Part shown: positions 21,739-32,135 of the stretch, piece by piece | Layout: the number at the start of each line of letters is the position of its first letter | How positions within the stretch are numbered: the first letter of the stretch is position 1 | Assembly (NCBI GenBank): GCA_913050245.1 | Contig: CAJWZJ010000001.1 | Coordinates: 50,859 to 114,858 of the forward strand | Length of the DNA: 64,000 nt | Direction of reading: 5' to 3' | DNA from: an uncultured bacterium | GTDB lineage: Bacteria; Desulfobacterota_D; UBA1144 | Position numbers and translations under genes: made by a program | Notes under the pieces: generated by a model | Database searches by the model: none | Told to the model about the DNA's origin: nothing | The model's input: the letters and a program-made list of their open reading frames with translations, nothing else

Positions 21739-21903
21739 TTATGACTTTCTAGATTGTTGAAATTCCTCAACAGATGAATATCTATGAGCTATCTTTACTT
21801 CACCAGATTTTTTATCAACTGATAGACCAGGCAACTTTAAATCCTGATGATTTCGTCTTTTACCTACTTTTGACTTTGATTTCTTTCTTTTTGGTACTGC
21901 CAT
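21739..21903 (-). CDS. rpmF: 50S ribosomal protein L32, cysteine-free form (not in ORF track)
   Basis: Hand translation: MAVPKRKKSKSKVGKRRNHQDLKLPGLSVDKKSGEVKIAHRYSSVEEFQQSRKS*; AAGGA SD; canonical position upstream of fab genes. Confidence 0.93.
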   Translation of the reverse strand: MAVPKRKKSKSKVGKRRNHQDLKLPGLSVDKKSGEVKIAHRYSSVEEFQQSRKS

Positions 21904-21979
21904 TTTATTATCCTTATTTATCCACTATTATAGGGCAAAAAATTATTTTTACAATAAATTAAAAAAGCTTTTTATCCAT

Positions 21980-23428
21980 TCAGCTGGAGATCAACTCTTT
22001 TGTATATTCATGCTGTGGATTATTCAATATTTCACCTAGGGGCCCATTCTCTATTATTTGACCTTCCTTTAATATATATAGTCTATCGCAGACTTTTTCA
22101 ATGAATTTTATATCATGTGAAATTGCTAAAAAAGTGAGATTTTTATCATTTTTCAATGTGTTTATTATATCTATGATTTCATATTGAATCTCGGGATCAA
22201 GGGAAGATACAGGTTCGTCTAATACGATTAAACTTGGACTCCAAAGTAAAGATTTAATAATCAGTACTCTTTGCCTTTGTCCACCACTAATTTCTAAAGG
22301 TGTATTTTGAAGTATTTCGTAATCTAAATTCAGTTTTTTAAAATAATAGTTAATTAAATCTTTGAACTCTTTTTGTTCGATATTAATTAATTTGTTTAAA
22401 TCTAATAATATATTTTTAATTTTTTTTCTTGGATTTAAGGAACCCAACAAATCTTGATATACATGTTGTACCTTTGCAGAATATTCAACATAAGTATAGT
22501 CTTCTATATTTTTATCAAAAGCTTTAACTGACCCAGTAAAACCAGAATGATATTTAGTTATTAACTTAGCTATTGTTGACTTACCTGATCCACTTGAACC
22601 TAAAAGTCCTACAGATTCATTTTTTTTTATCAATAAATTAATATCATCTAGAATTTTATTATCATCTATAAAATAAGATACTTTAGACATAGAAATGATC
22701 TCTTCTTTAACATCAAATATTTTAAAATTTTCATTATTTATATTATCAATGATAGAATCTTTAGGTATTTGATTGATTATTTTATTTTCAATTTTAAAAA
22801 TACAATCACAAAATTCCTTCGCTATTCTGTAATCATGTGTAATAAGTATAATTCCAATATTTCTAGAATCGCATATAACTCTGAGAAGGTTTAATATTTT
22901 TTTTTCGTTAAGATTATCTAAAGAAGAAGTAGCCTCATCAGCTATAATTAAATCAGGATCATTTTGTAAGCTTAATGCTATTAAGATTCTCTGGGCCATA
23001 CCTCCACTAAGCTCATGAGGATATTTAAATAATATTTCTTCCTGATTTTCAAATCCGACTTCATTCAGTAGACTATCAATCTTTTCTCTTAAATTAATTT
23101 TAGTGGAATTTTTTTTATTATTTATTCTAAAGTGGTTCAATATGTTTAAGGTTGGGTTTAGTGATGACAATGGTTCCTGAGGAATATAGGAAATATTTTT
23201 TGGTTTTGAAATACTAAGACCATTTAGAGTTAAATTTTTATATTGTTTTTCGGCATTATATTCATTTTCAAAGCCAAGAATTGCATAAGCCAATAATGAT
23301 TTACCTGAACCACTTTTCCCGATAATTGCAATTTTACAGGGCCTTGCGACCAACAAGTCAGCATCATCTATTATTTTTTTTTCATCAATTGATATAGTTA
23401 GCTTTCTTATGTCTAAATAATTTTTCAT
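21980..23428 (-). CDS. Fused tandem ATPase of a peptide/nickel-type ABC transporter
   Basis: Two Walker A motifs (GKSGSGKS, GSSGSGKS), ELSGGMAQR/ISGGQRQR, DEAT/DEPV and PQHEYTKELI. Confidence 0.9.
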   Translation of the reverse strand: MKNYLDIRKLTISIDEKKIIDDADLLVARPCKIAIIGKSGSGKSLLAYAILGFENEYNAEKQYKNLTLNGLSISKPKNISYIPQEPLSSLNPTLNILNHFRINNKKNSTKINLREKIDSLLNEVGFENQEEILFKYPHELSGGMAQRILIALSLQNDPDLIIADEATSSLDNLNEKKILNLLRVICDSRNIGIILITHDYRIAKEFCDCIFKIENKIINQIPKDSIIDNINNENFKIFDVKEEIISMSKVSYFIDDNKILDDINLLIKKNESVGLLGSSGSGKSTIAKLITKYHSGFTGSVKAFDKNIEDYTYVEYSAKVQHVYQDLLGSLNPRKKIKNILLDLNKLINIEQKEFKDLINYYFKKLNLDYEILQNTPLEISGGQRQRVLIIKSLLWSPSLIVLDEPVSSLDPEIQYEIIDIINTLKNDKNLTFLAISHDIKFIEKVCDRLYILKEGQIIENGPLGEILNNPQHEYTKELISS

Positions 23429-23473
23429 TTTCTAATTTAAGATTCTTTTATATTAAAAGTGTATAATTTTATT

Positions 23474-23971
23474 ATGGAAAATAAAATTAAAATATTTATT
23501 ATTGCTATTTTAGTTATAACCTCAGGTTATTTTGGTATTTCATACTATCAAAATATGAATACAAAAAATGATCAACTTAAACTAGAAGAAATCAATAAAA
23601 GTTTTATTAATAATGATTTTGAAGATATTGAAAATCTAATTAAATATATAAATTTATTAGAAACGAACGATATAACTCAACCTCATTTATCTCTATTAAT
23701 AAAATCAATAAACTATAATATAGGAGAAAATAACTTCGTAAATGATCAAGAGATTAAGATATTAATAAATTTTTATAATGGAAAATATAAAACAAAATTT
23801 AATGATATTTCATCTGATATCATTCATGATTTTTACATATCATCAATAAGTAAACTATTTTATGGAATTGGTGATTGTGAGAACGCAAAATTGTATTCTA
23901 GTAAAATTAAATATTTTAATTCAATTAAAGATGATACGGATAATTTTATAAATTCGTGTCAAGGAGAGTAA
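23474..23971 (+). CDS. Hypothetical membrane-anchored helical protein (possibly YfgM/TPR-like)
   Basis: N-terminal TM ending GYFGISYYQ, then a helical region; start at ATG 23474. Confidence 0.5.
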   Translation: MENKIKIFIIAILVITSGYFGISYYQNMNTKNDQLKLEEINKSFINNDFEDIENLIKYINLLETNDITQPHLSLLIKSINYNIGENNFVNDQEIKILINFYNGKYKTKFNDISSDIIHDFYISSISKLFYGIGDCENAKLYSSKIKYFNSIKDDTDNFINSCQGE

Positions 23972-23972
23972 G

Positions 23973-24323
23973 ATGTTAATTTATATTTTAATAGGTATTA
24001 CAGGTGGATTTTTAAGTGGATTCATGGGAATTGGCGGTGGAATTATAATGGTTCCATTTATGGTTTATTTTGCTAACTTTTCTCAACATTTAGCCCAAGG
24101 AACATCACTTGCTGTATTAAGCATACCAGTGGTAATGTTTGGAGCCTATCAATATTATATTCAAGGTAATGTGAATATTAAGGCAGCCTTAATAATTGCT
24201 TTGTTTTTTTGTTTAGGAATTTTTTTAGGCTCGAAATATGCGCAAACTCTTAGTTCTGATACGTTAAAAATTATTTTTGGATTCCTTATGATATTGATTG
24301 GAATAAAGATGGTAACAACTTAG
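23973..24323 (+). CDS. Half-size TauE/SafE (TSUP) sulfite exporter family protein
   Basis: GFLSGFMGIGGGIIMVP and AQGTSL motifs; 116 aa equals a single repeat. Confidence 0.85.
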   Translation: MLIYILIGITGGFLSGFMGIGGGIIMVPFMVYFANFSQHLAQGTSLAVLSIPVVMFGAYQYYIQGNVNIKAALIIALFFCLGIFLGSKYAQTLSSDTLKIIFGFLMILIGIKMVTT

Positions 24324-25240
24324 GAACTATAAAACTCGTTAGATTTCTCAATAATTTCATTTAAATCTTTGCACCAATATACTTCCTTATCTTTTCTCAT
24401 CCATGTTAATTGTCTTTTTGCTAATCTCCTTGTATTGACGATTATCTTTCCTATTGCTTCTTCATAAGATAATTTACCTTGTAAGTAATAAGCGATCTCA
24501 CTGTATCCTATAGATTGTATTGGCTTAATTTTATCACCATATTTCGAGATTATTCTTTCAGCTTCTTTTAGAAGACCGCGATCTATCATGAAGTAGACTC
24601 TTTCCTCAATTAGAGAATCTAAATCTTTTTTTGGAATATCAAGAGACAATTTTATATATTTAATATTTTTAAATCCCATTTTTTTTGATGAAGACATAAA
24701 AACAGAAGGCTTGGTTTTTGTTATATAAAATATTTCTAAAAATCTTATAATTCTATTTTTATCATTTCTAGAAATCTTTCTGGCACAATCTTGATCAATT
24801 TCATTTAATTCATTATATAGATTTTCCAAACCATATTGATCTATCCGTTTTTTAAATTGGTCTCTTAATGAATCATTCTTTCCAATGCCCTCAGTAAGAC
24901 CATTTAGCAATGCATCAATATAAAGTTGTGTTCCACCAGAAATTATAAAAAAAGATTTTTCTGAATCATTAATAATTTTTCTAGAATCATGCATAAATCT
25001 CCATGCATCATAACTTTCATATGGCTTTATTATATCTATTAAATGATACTTAATCTCTTTTTGCTGATCCTTTGATGGCTTTCCAGTGCCAATATCGAAA
25101 GAATCATAAACATGCATAGAATCTGCACAAATAATTTCAGAGTTAAAATATTTCGCAAGATAAAAGGAATTTGTAGTTTTATCGGAACAAGTTGGGCCTG
25201 TTAAAATAATTAGCTTTTTAAATTTCTCTGTAGTTGTCAA
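24320..25240 (-). CDS. miaA: tRNA dimethylallyltransferase
   Basis: GPT..KT, ADSMHVY, DIGTGKP, SIGYSE and RRLAKRQLTW motifs; start uncertain. Confidence 0.9.
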   Translation of the reverse strand: MTTTEKFKKLIILTGPTCSDKTTNSFYLAKYFNSEIICADSMHVYDSFDIGTGKPSKDQQKEIKYHLIDIIKPYESYDAWRFMHDSRKIINDSEKSFFIISGGTQLYIDALLNGLTEGIGKNDSLRDQFKKRIDQYGLENLYNELNEIDQDCARKISRNDKNRIIRFLEIFYITKTKPSVFMSSSKKMGFKNIKYIKLSLDIPKKDLDSLIEERVYFMIDRGLLKEAERIISKYGDKIKPIQSIGYSEIAYYLQGKLSYEEAIGKIIVNTRRLAKRQLTWMRKDKEVYWCKDLNEIIEKSNEFYSS

Positions 25241-27320
25241 TGTTTTCGTCTAATGCTTCTTTTCTACTTAACCTAATTTTTCCATCTCTTTCCTTAGAAA
25301 TACACTTCACTAAAACTTCATCACCTTCATTTAAAATATCAGTAACTTGCTTTACCCTTTCTTTTGCTAATTCTGAGATATGAATTAAGCCATCTAATGT
25401 GGGACTAAGTCCTACTATAGCACCAAAATCAAGAATTCTTTTAACCGTTCCTACATAAAATTTACCTACCTCAATTTCTCTAACTATATAGGCGATATCT
25501 CTTAAAGCATTCTTACAATTCTCTTCATTCAATGATATAACATTTAATTTTCCTGTATCATCAACATCAATTTTGACATCATTATCTTCAGTTAATTTTC
25601 TTATATTTTTGCCACCAGAACCAATAATATCTTTAATTTTTGATGGATCTATCTGAATTGTTGTAATTCTTGGCGCATAAGGTGAGATATTCTCTTTTTT
25701 TGAATTTATCGTTTTTGCCATTTCATCTAATATATGCAATCTTCCTGCCTTGGCTTGAGTTAAAGCTGAGCTAAAAAGCTCTTTGCTTATACCTTTAATT
25801 TTTATATCCATTTGCAAGGCTGTGATTCCTTCTGAGGTCCCACAAACTTTGAAGTCCATGTCCCCTAAATGATCCTCATCACCCAAAATATCTGAGAGAA
25901 TAACAAAATCATCGCCTTCTTTTACTAATCCCATTGCAATACCTGCAACGGGTGACTTGACTGGAACGCCAGCATCCATTAGAGATAATGATGATCCACA
26001 AACTGTTGCCATTGAAGACGAACCATTTGATTCAAGTATGTCTGAAACAATTCTTAAGGTATAAGGAAAATCATCATCCTCGGGCAATATTGCTTGAACA
26101 GCTCTCTTAGCTAATTCACCATGCCCTATTTCTCGCCTACCAGTACCTAATCTGTTAGAAACCTCTCCAACGCTAAATGGAGGAAAATTATAGTGAAGCA
26201 TAAACTTTTTCTTCTCCTCTCCCATTAACGTATCAATTCTTTGTTGATCATCTTTACTACCCAATGTACATGCAACAAGTGCTTGAGTCTCACCTCTAGT
26301 AAAAACAGCTGAGCCATGAGCTCTTGGCAATAGGCTTATCTCAGAGGATATAGGTCTAATTTCCTCAAAGTTTCTCCCATCTATTCTTGTATTGTCATCA
26401 AACATCATTTTTCTAACATATTTCTTTTTTAAATTATCAAAAATTTCTTTAAATTCTTTTTCATTAAAATTTTCAATTGTAGATAATTCACTCAAAGCAT
26501 TTTGAAAAACTTCGCTTGATTTGGAGCTTCGTTCTTGTTTTAATTTAATTCTGATAGCTTCATTTAAAGAAGAAGAGATTTTAGATTCTACTATATTTAA
26601 AAAATCTTGATCAATTTCTTTTTCAGGAACTTCTCTTTTAATAATTTCATCAGAAACAAGTTGTTTCTGAATATCTATAATCTCTCTTATTTTCTCATGT
26701 CCAAAAAGTAAGGCTTCTATAACTTCTTCCTCAGGAACTATATCAGCACCACCTTCTACCATAAGGATAGCATCAGCACTACCTGCAATAATAAAATTTA
26801 AGTCTGAATTTTCTATTTCTTCGTATGATGGATTACAAATTAAATTTCCTTCAACTCTCACAACTCTAACACCCGCTAGGGGGCCGTCAAAAGGTATATT
26901 TGAAACTGTTAAGGCTGCGGAAGCAGCAGTAAGAGCAAGGACATCTGGAGGATTTACATCGTCTGCTGAGTAGACAGTAATAATTACTTGAGTTGGATAA
27001 TTATAGTCTTTAGGGAACATTGGCCTTAATGGTCTATCAATTAATCTAGAAATTAATGTTTCCATTTCAGACGGTCTAGCCTCTCTCTTGAAATAGCCGC
27101 CAGGTATTTTACCTGCGGCAAAAGTTTTTTCTTGGTAATTAACTGTTAAAGGAAGAAAATTATCATCGACCGGCTCTTTATTACTAACAACAGTTGCCAG
27201 AACTTGTGTTTCGCCTAATTGTGCGAAAATTGATCCATCAGCCTGCTTAGCAAGCTTTCCGGTTTCTAAAGAAAAATGCTTACCATCAATTGTTTCTGTG
27301 ACTTTTTTATATGAAATCAT
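25218..27320 (-). CDS. pnp: Polyribonucleotide nucleotidyltransferase
   Basis: SRLIDRPLRP, RREIGHG, ESNGSSSMA and GDMDFKV motifs; KH and S1 domains. Confidence 0.98.
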   Translation of the reverse strand: MISYKKVTETIDGKHFSLETGKLAKQADGSIFAQLGETQVLATVVSNKEPVDDNFLPLTVNYQEKTFAAGKIPGGYFKREARPSEMETLISRLIDRPLRPMFPKDYNYPTQVIITVYSADDVNPPDVLALTAASAALTVSNIPFDGPLAGVRVVRVEGNLICNPSYEEIENSDLNFIIAGSADAILMVEGGADIVPEEEVIEALLFGHEKIREIIDIQKQLVSDEIIKREVPEKEIDQDFLNIVESKISSSLNEAIRIKLKQERSSKSSEVFQNALSELSTIENFNEKEFKEIFDNLKKKYVRKMMFDDNTRIDGRNFEEIRPISSEISLLPRAHGSAVFTRGETQALVACTLGSKDDQQRIDTLMGEEKKKFMLHYNFPPFSVGEVSNRLGTGRREIGHGELAKRAVQAILPEDDDFPYTLRIVSDILESNGSSSMATVCGSSLSLMDAGVPVKSPVAGIAMGLVKEGDDFVILSDILGDEDHLGDMDFKVCGTSEGITALQMDIKIKGISKELFSSALTQAKAGRLHILDEMAKTINSKKENISPYAPRITTIQIDPSKIKDIIGSGGKNIRKLTEDNDVKIDVDDTGKLNVISLNEENCKNALRDIAYIVREIEVGKFYVGTVKRILDFGAIVGLSPTLDGLIHISELAKERVKQVTDILNEGDEVLVKCISKERDGKIRLSRKEALDENIDNYREI

Positions 27321-27326
27321 TGGATT

Positions 27327-27587
27327 CTACTTTCTAAGTCCAAGCTTAGATAAAATTTCGGAATAAACATCTAGATTCTTCTTCTTTATATAACTTAAAA
27401 GTTTTCTTCTTCTCTCTATCATTAGCAAAAGACCTCTTCTTGATGATGTATCTTTTTTAAATTTTTGCACATGTTTAGTAAGCAGTTCAATCTTTTTGGT
27501 TAGGATAGCGATTTGCACTTTACTTGAGCCGGTATCTCCAGACTTTGTGGCATATTCTTTAATTATTTCTTGTTTGTTTATTATCAA
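27327..27587 (-). CDS. rpsO: 30S ribosomal protein S15
   Basis: DTGSSKVQIAILT, SRRGLL and LGLRK motifs; TTG start with AAGGA SD. Confidence 0.97.
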   Translation of the reverse strand: MIINKQEIIKEYATKSGDTGSSKVQIAILTKKIELLTKHVQKFKKDTSSRRGLLLMIERRRKLLSYIKKKNLDVYSEILSKLGLRK

Positions 27588-27657
27588 TATTTAATCCTTA
27601 AAAATTAATAGCTTAATAATTAATGATTAATTGAAAAAAATCAAGTTAATAATTGAT

Positions 27658-28581
27658 TTATGAAAGTATTTCTACTTTCGAATAATGATAGTTACCATCA
27701 TTTTTGAAGAAACTTACCAGTAGTAGCTTTATTTCATTTTTGGTCGTTGCAATAATATTTACAACTTTATTATCAATTAATTCTTGTTTTCTTATTTGAT
27801 CTACAAGCTCATCTGATATTAGTCCAATATTGACTATTTTATAATTATTTGATCTAAGTATGCCTTTAATGCATTCATCGGATGCAAAAATTATTGTAAA
27901 AATATTTGAAATATCAAAGAATAGCTCTTCACTAATCTGAAAGTTCTTAATATCAATAGAATCTCTAATCTTAAAAGGACCACTTTCCAATCTTTCTAAA
28001 TCACATAAAGTAGCAAATACGTTCAATTTTGAACCAATTGAATCTACCAGGGATCTGATGTATGTGCCTTTTGAACATTTAACAAATAACTCAAATGAGG
28101 ATCTATTCAATTTAATTATTTCAATATCATGAATAATTGATCGATTTTTTATTGGTTTGAATTGCTTATTATCTCTTGCTAACTTGTAATACCTTTGACC
28201 ACTAATTTTTTTCGCAGAATATTTGGGTGCATCATATTCAAAATCACCCAAGAAAGTAAGAATTGTTTTTTTTATTACATCTTTTGATAAGTCATTAATT
28301 TTTTTTAATTTATTATAAGCAATTACTTTTCCTGTAATATCTAAAGTATCAGTCTTAAATCCTAATATTGCCCTTAATCTGTATACCTTTGGACCATCAT
28401 CCAAGTATTTTATTAGTTTAGTCATATTATCAGTAAATATTGGCAAAACGCCTTTAGCTAGTGGATCTAATGTACCTAAAAAACCAGCTTTTTTAACAGA
28501 CATCAATCTCTTAATTATTTGCAAATGGCTGTTAGAAGACTTCCCTTTAAATTTATTTAAAACTAATACTTTATTTTTCAT
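27658..28581 (-). CDS. truB: tRNA pseudouridine(55) synthase
   Basis: GTLDPLAKG, TDTLD, YSAKK and CSKGTYIRSL motifs. Confidence 0.93.
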   Translation of the reverse strand: MKNKVLVLNKFKGKSSNSHLQIIKRLMSVKKAGFLGTLDPLAKGVLPIFTDNMTKLIKYLDDGPKVYRLRAILGFKTDTLDITGKVIAYNKLKKINDLSKDVIKKTILTFLGDFEYDAPKYSAKKISGQRYYKLARDNKQFKPIKNRSIIHDIEIIKLNRSSFELFVKCSKGTYIRSLVDSIGSKLNVFATLCDLERLESGPFKIRDSIDIKNFQISEELFFDISNIFTIIFASDECIKGILRSNNYKIVNIGLISDELVDQIRKQELIDNKVVNIIATTKNEIKLLLVSFFKNDGNYHYSKVEILS

Positions 28582-29542
28582 TTAATATTTTATCAATTAA
28601 GTCATTTCTAAGTTTTTCAATAGAGCCTTGATATTTTAATCCAGAAGCATTTTTATGTCCTCCACCGCCAAATGTATTTGCAATTTTGGATAAATCAACA
28701 AAACCATTAGATCTCAAACTAGCTTTCCAGGAATTTTTTTCAATTTCTCTTATAAAAATTCCTACTTCTACTTCTTTGTGATTTAATAAAAAATTTGCGA
28801 TACCTTCGGAATCTTCTTTAGAAGTTTTGGTCTCTTTGTAGTCATTTAAGGTGCAATAACAAATTGCAACTCTTGAATTGTCATCAAATAAAATAGTTGA
28901 GAAGATTCTTTTTTCAAGATTCAATCTATATATAGATCTATCATTATAAATATTAGAATTAATTAATTTTAAATCAGCATTATCGTTCAATAATTTTGAA
29001 GCTATTAAAAAAGAATCAGTATTTACATTGGAATTTTTAAAAGATGAAGTATCAGTAATAATTCCAGTCATTAGACACGTGGCAATTTTATTATCTATTT
29101 CAATACCTAAGGCAACTATAATTTTATAAATTAAAATTGCTGTTGCAGATGCATTAACATCAATTAACATAAATTGTGATTCTATTTTGGGGCTTTGATG
29201 ATGATCTATTACTGCGATATGTCCTTGATACCCGTCAATATATTTTTCAATCTCCTCACCAGCTCTTTCGAAATCATTAAGATCTAAAAATAAAACTAGT
29301 TCAATATTATTTGGTATGTCGGATTTAGTATTAATTAATTTCTCAGCTTCAAGAAAATTTAAATATTCAGGAAATTTATCGCGATTATATATATAGCAAT
29401 TTTTGCCAATTTTTTTTAATGAATAATATAGCCCCATACTGGATCCAATAGCATCACCATCAGGATCATAATGTGAAACAATTAGTATATTTTGAGAATC
29501 CAATATTAATTTTGATATTTTGTTTAAATTCTTTAATGACAT
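28571..29542 (-). CDS. nrnA: DHH/DHHA1 phosphoesterase (NrnA-like nanoRNase/pAp phosphatase)
   Basis: HYDPDGDAIGS, IDHH, TDT, SLRS and GGGGHKNASG motifs. Confidence 0.88.
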   Translation of the reverse strand: MSLKNLNKISKLILDSQNILIVSHYDPDGDAIGSSMGLYYSLKKIGKNCYIYNRDKFPEYLNFLEAEKLINTKSDIPNNIELVLFLDLNDFERAGEEIEKYIDGYQGHIAVIDHHQSPKIESQFMLIDVNASATAILIYKIIVALGIEIDNKIATCLMTGIITDTSSFKNSNVNTDSFLIASKLLNDNADLKLINSNIYNDRSIYRLNLEKRIFSTILFDDNSRVAICYCTLNDYKETKTSKEDSEGIANFLLNHKEVEVGIFIREIEKNSWKASLRSNGFVDLSKIANTFGGGGHKNASGLKYQGSIEKLRNDLIDKILNEK

Positions 29543-32130
29543 TATATCGATTGTGCAATTTTATCATGCGTAAATATTTCTAAAATATCACCTTGCTTGA
29601 TATCAGTAGATTCATCTACTCCTATGCCACACTCAAAACCTGATGCAACTTCCTTCACATCATCTTTAAACCTTTTAAGAGAATCAAGTGGGCATTCACT
29701 TATGACTTCATCATTCCTCATTACTCTAAATTTATGACCTCTAATTGCTTTACCATCTTGAATATAACAACCTGCAATTTTTCCTTTTTTTGTTAAATTG
29801 AAGACCTCTCTTATCTCAGCATGACCTACTATTCTTTCTTCAAGTATTGGATCCAATAATCCCTCTAATAATTCTTTAATTCTGTCTAAAATTTCATATA
29901 TTATTTCATAAGTTTCACATCTAACACCTGATTTTTCCAAAAGCCTTTTAACATCATTCTCAATTTTAGTCGAAAAACCTAATATAATTGAGCCTGTAGA
30001 TTCGGCTAACATATGATCAGATTCGTTTATTGAACCTACAGCAGAATGAACGACCTTTGATTTGCATTTCTCTGATTCAAAATTATTAAGGGCAGAAATT
30101 AATGCATCCAATGATCCTTGCGTGTCAGCTTTCACGATAACTGGAAGTTCTTTTATTTGTCCTAATAAAACTTCTGAATTAATAAAGTCTAGCCCAACTG
30201 TGTGAGATTTGAATGCCTCCTCCTCTTTTATAGCCTGTTGCCTATTCCTGATAACTTCTTTTGCTATCTTATCGTTCTTAACAATATTGAAAGGCAACCC
30301 TGCATCCGGAACGCCATCTAAACCTAATATTTCAATTGGTAAAGATGGTCCTGAATTTTTCACTTGTGAACCTACATCATCAATTACAGCTCTAACTTTT
30401 CCAGAATTTGTACCACATATAATAAAATCACCTCTTTTAATCTCGCCCTCTTTTGGTATTAATGTTGCTACCACACCTCTTCCTTTATCAAGATAAGATT
30501 CAAGTACAAAACCGTTAGCAGGGACTTTATCGTTCGCTCTTAGTTCTAGCAAGTCTGCCTGAATAGTAATTAGCTCTAATAATTCATCAATCCCTGTTCC
30601 ATCCAAAGCTGAGACAGGTACGCATGAAGTATCGCCACCCCAATCATCAGGCGCAAGGTCATGTTCGGAAAGCTGAGATTTAATATTTTCTATATTTGAT
30701 TCAGGTTTATCAATCTTATTGATAGCAACAATAATTGGTACATTTGCAGATTTTGCATGATTTATAGCCTCTATGGTTTGAGGCATTATACCGTCATCTG
30801 CTGCTACAACTAAGATAACAATATCAGTCAAGCTTGCTCCTCTGGATCTCATAGCTGAAAAAGCTGCATGTCCAGGCGTATCGATAAAAACTAATTTTTT
30901 ATTTTTAAAATCGAAACTGTAAGCACCAATTGATTGAGTAATTCCACCATGTTCAGAATTTGCAACCTTGGCTTTTCTAATATAATCCAATAATGATGTT
31001 TTACCGTGGTCAACGTGTCCCATAACAGTAATTATTGGGGGTCTTAATTTAATATCTTTTTCATTAAATTTAATATCCTTATTAATAAATTCTTTTTCAT
31101 TAAATGTATCGACATCGACATCGTAATCAAATTCAGATGCTATAATCGTTGCTTCATCTGAATCAATTTCATCTTTAAAAGTTAAAGTCAGTCCTAAATC
31201 AGAAGCTTTTTTAATAACCTCATTAATTTTTAAATTCATTTTATTAGCTAATAAAGAAATTAATATCCTTTCTTGGATCTTTATTTTTTTTGTTTTTTTC
31301 TTCTCTTCCTTTACCTCTTCATCAGCTGCAATACCATTTTGTTCCGAATCCTTTAAATTATCTTTTTGTTTGGATTTTTTTTGATAATTATTTGATACAA
31401 GGAATTCCTTTCGAGCGCCTGGCAGTTTAGCTTTAACAGCACTTCTTAAGGCATCTAAAGCATCCTCATCAATTATTTCCGCATTTGATGGCTTAACCTT
31501 AACTTTCTTCTTTTGCTTGGTTATATCTTTAGACGTTGCCTGATTATCTTTTTTCTTTTTTTGCTCATTCTCTAGTTGATTTTTTGATAAATCTGCAGCG
31601 GGGATTGGATCATTCTCCTTAATGTTTTGCCTTTGTTCTCTTTTCAAATTTGAGGGCTGATTAGGCTTAGGTTTTTTCTTAACTTCTTCATTTTCCAAAG
31701 TTCTAACTACTTTTCTAGCATTAGAATTGATATTTTTTTCAGTTATTTTTTTTGGTTTTTTTCTAATCTGATCATCTGTATCAGAATCTTTTGATTTTGT
31801 TTTTATTTCATTTAAATCAGATGCTTTATGTTTTGGTTCAGAAGTTGCTTCATCATTATCAACTGGTAATTTTTCCTTTTTTGGCTCTTCCTTCTTCTTT
31901 CTTCTTATAGTAACTCGAGATCCAGATCTTTTTATAATATTGTTATCATCTTTGGGTTTATTGAGAATAGGCTCTCCTACTAATGAAACTTGAATTCTTT
32001 TTGCATCTTCAATCGATATAGAGCTTGATTGAGTTCTTGCAATAATAGAGAGTTCTTTACACTTAGAAAGAATATCTTTGACTTCTAGAGACATTTGCTC
32101 AGATAATTCTTTAATTTTAATTTTACCCAT
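29542..32130 (-). CDS. infB: Translation initiation factor IF-2
   Basis: [13 protein letters not shown] and NKID motifs; [12 protein letters not shown]. Confidence 0.98.
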   Translation of the reverse strand: MGKIKIKELSEQMSLEVKDILSKCKELSIIARTQSSSISIEDAKRIQVSLVGEPILNKPKDDNNIIKRSGSRVTIRRKKKEEPKKEKLPVDNDEATSEPKHKASDLNEIKTKSKDSDTDDQIRKKPKKITEKNINSNARKVVRTLENEEVKKKPKPNQPSNLKREQRQNIKENDPIPAADLSKNQLENEQKKKKDNQATSKDITKQKKKVKVKPSNAEIIDEDALDALRSAVKAKLPGARKEFLVSNNYQKKSKQKDNLKDSEQNGIAADEEVKEEKKKTKKIKIQERILISLLANKMNLKINEVIKKASDLGLTLTFKDEIDSDEATIIASEFDYDVDVDTFNEKEFINKDIKFNEKDIKLRPPIITVMGHVDHGKTSLLDYIRKAKVANSEHGGITQSIGAYSFDFKNKKLVFIDTPGHAAFSAMRSRGASLTDIVILVVAADDGIMPQTIEAINHAKSANVPIIVAINKIDKPESNIENIKSQLSEHDLAPDDWGGDTSCVPVSALDGTGIDELLELITIQADLLELRANDKVPANGFVLESYLDKGRGVVATLIPKEGEIKRGDFIICGTNSGKVRAVIDDVGSQVKNSGPSLPIEILGLDGVPDAGLPFNIVKNDKIAKEVIRNRQQAIKEEEAFKSHTVGLDFINSEVLLGQIKELPVIVKADTQGSLDALISALNNFESEKCKSKVVHSAVGSINESDHMLAESTGSIILGFSTKIENDVKRLLEKSGVRCETYEIIYEILDRIKELLEGLLDPILEERIVGHAEIREVFNLTKKGKIAGCYIQDGKAIRGHKFRVMRNDEVISECPLDSLKRFKDDVKEVASGFECGIGVDESTDIKQGDILEIFTHDKIAQSI

Positions 32131-32135
32131 AAAAA

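Noticed and set aside
21774-21962. 62-aa plus-strand ORF in the track
   Set aside because: Antisense shadow of the real rpmF gene on the minus strand
27588-27657. Possible S15 autoregulatory RNA or Fur box upstream of rpsO
   Set aside because: Almost pure A/T sequence; no convincing helix or box distinguishable from background
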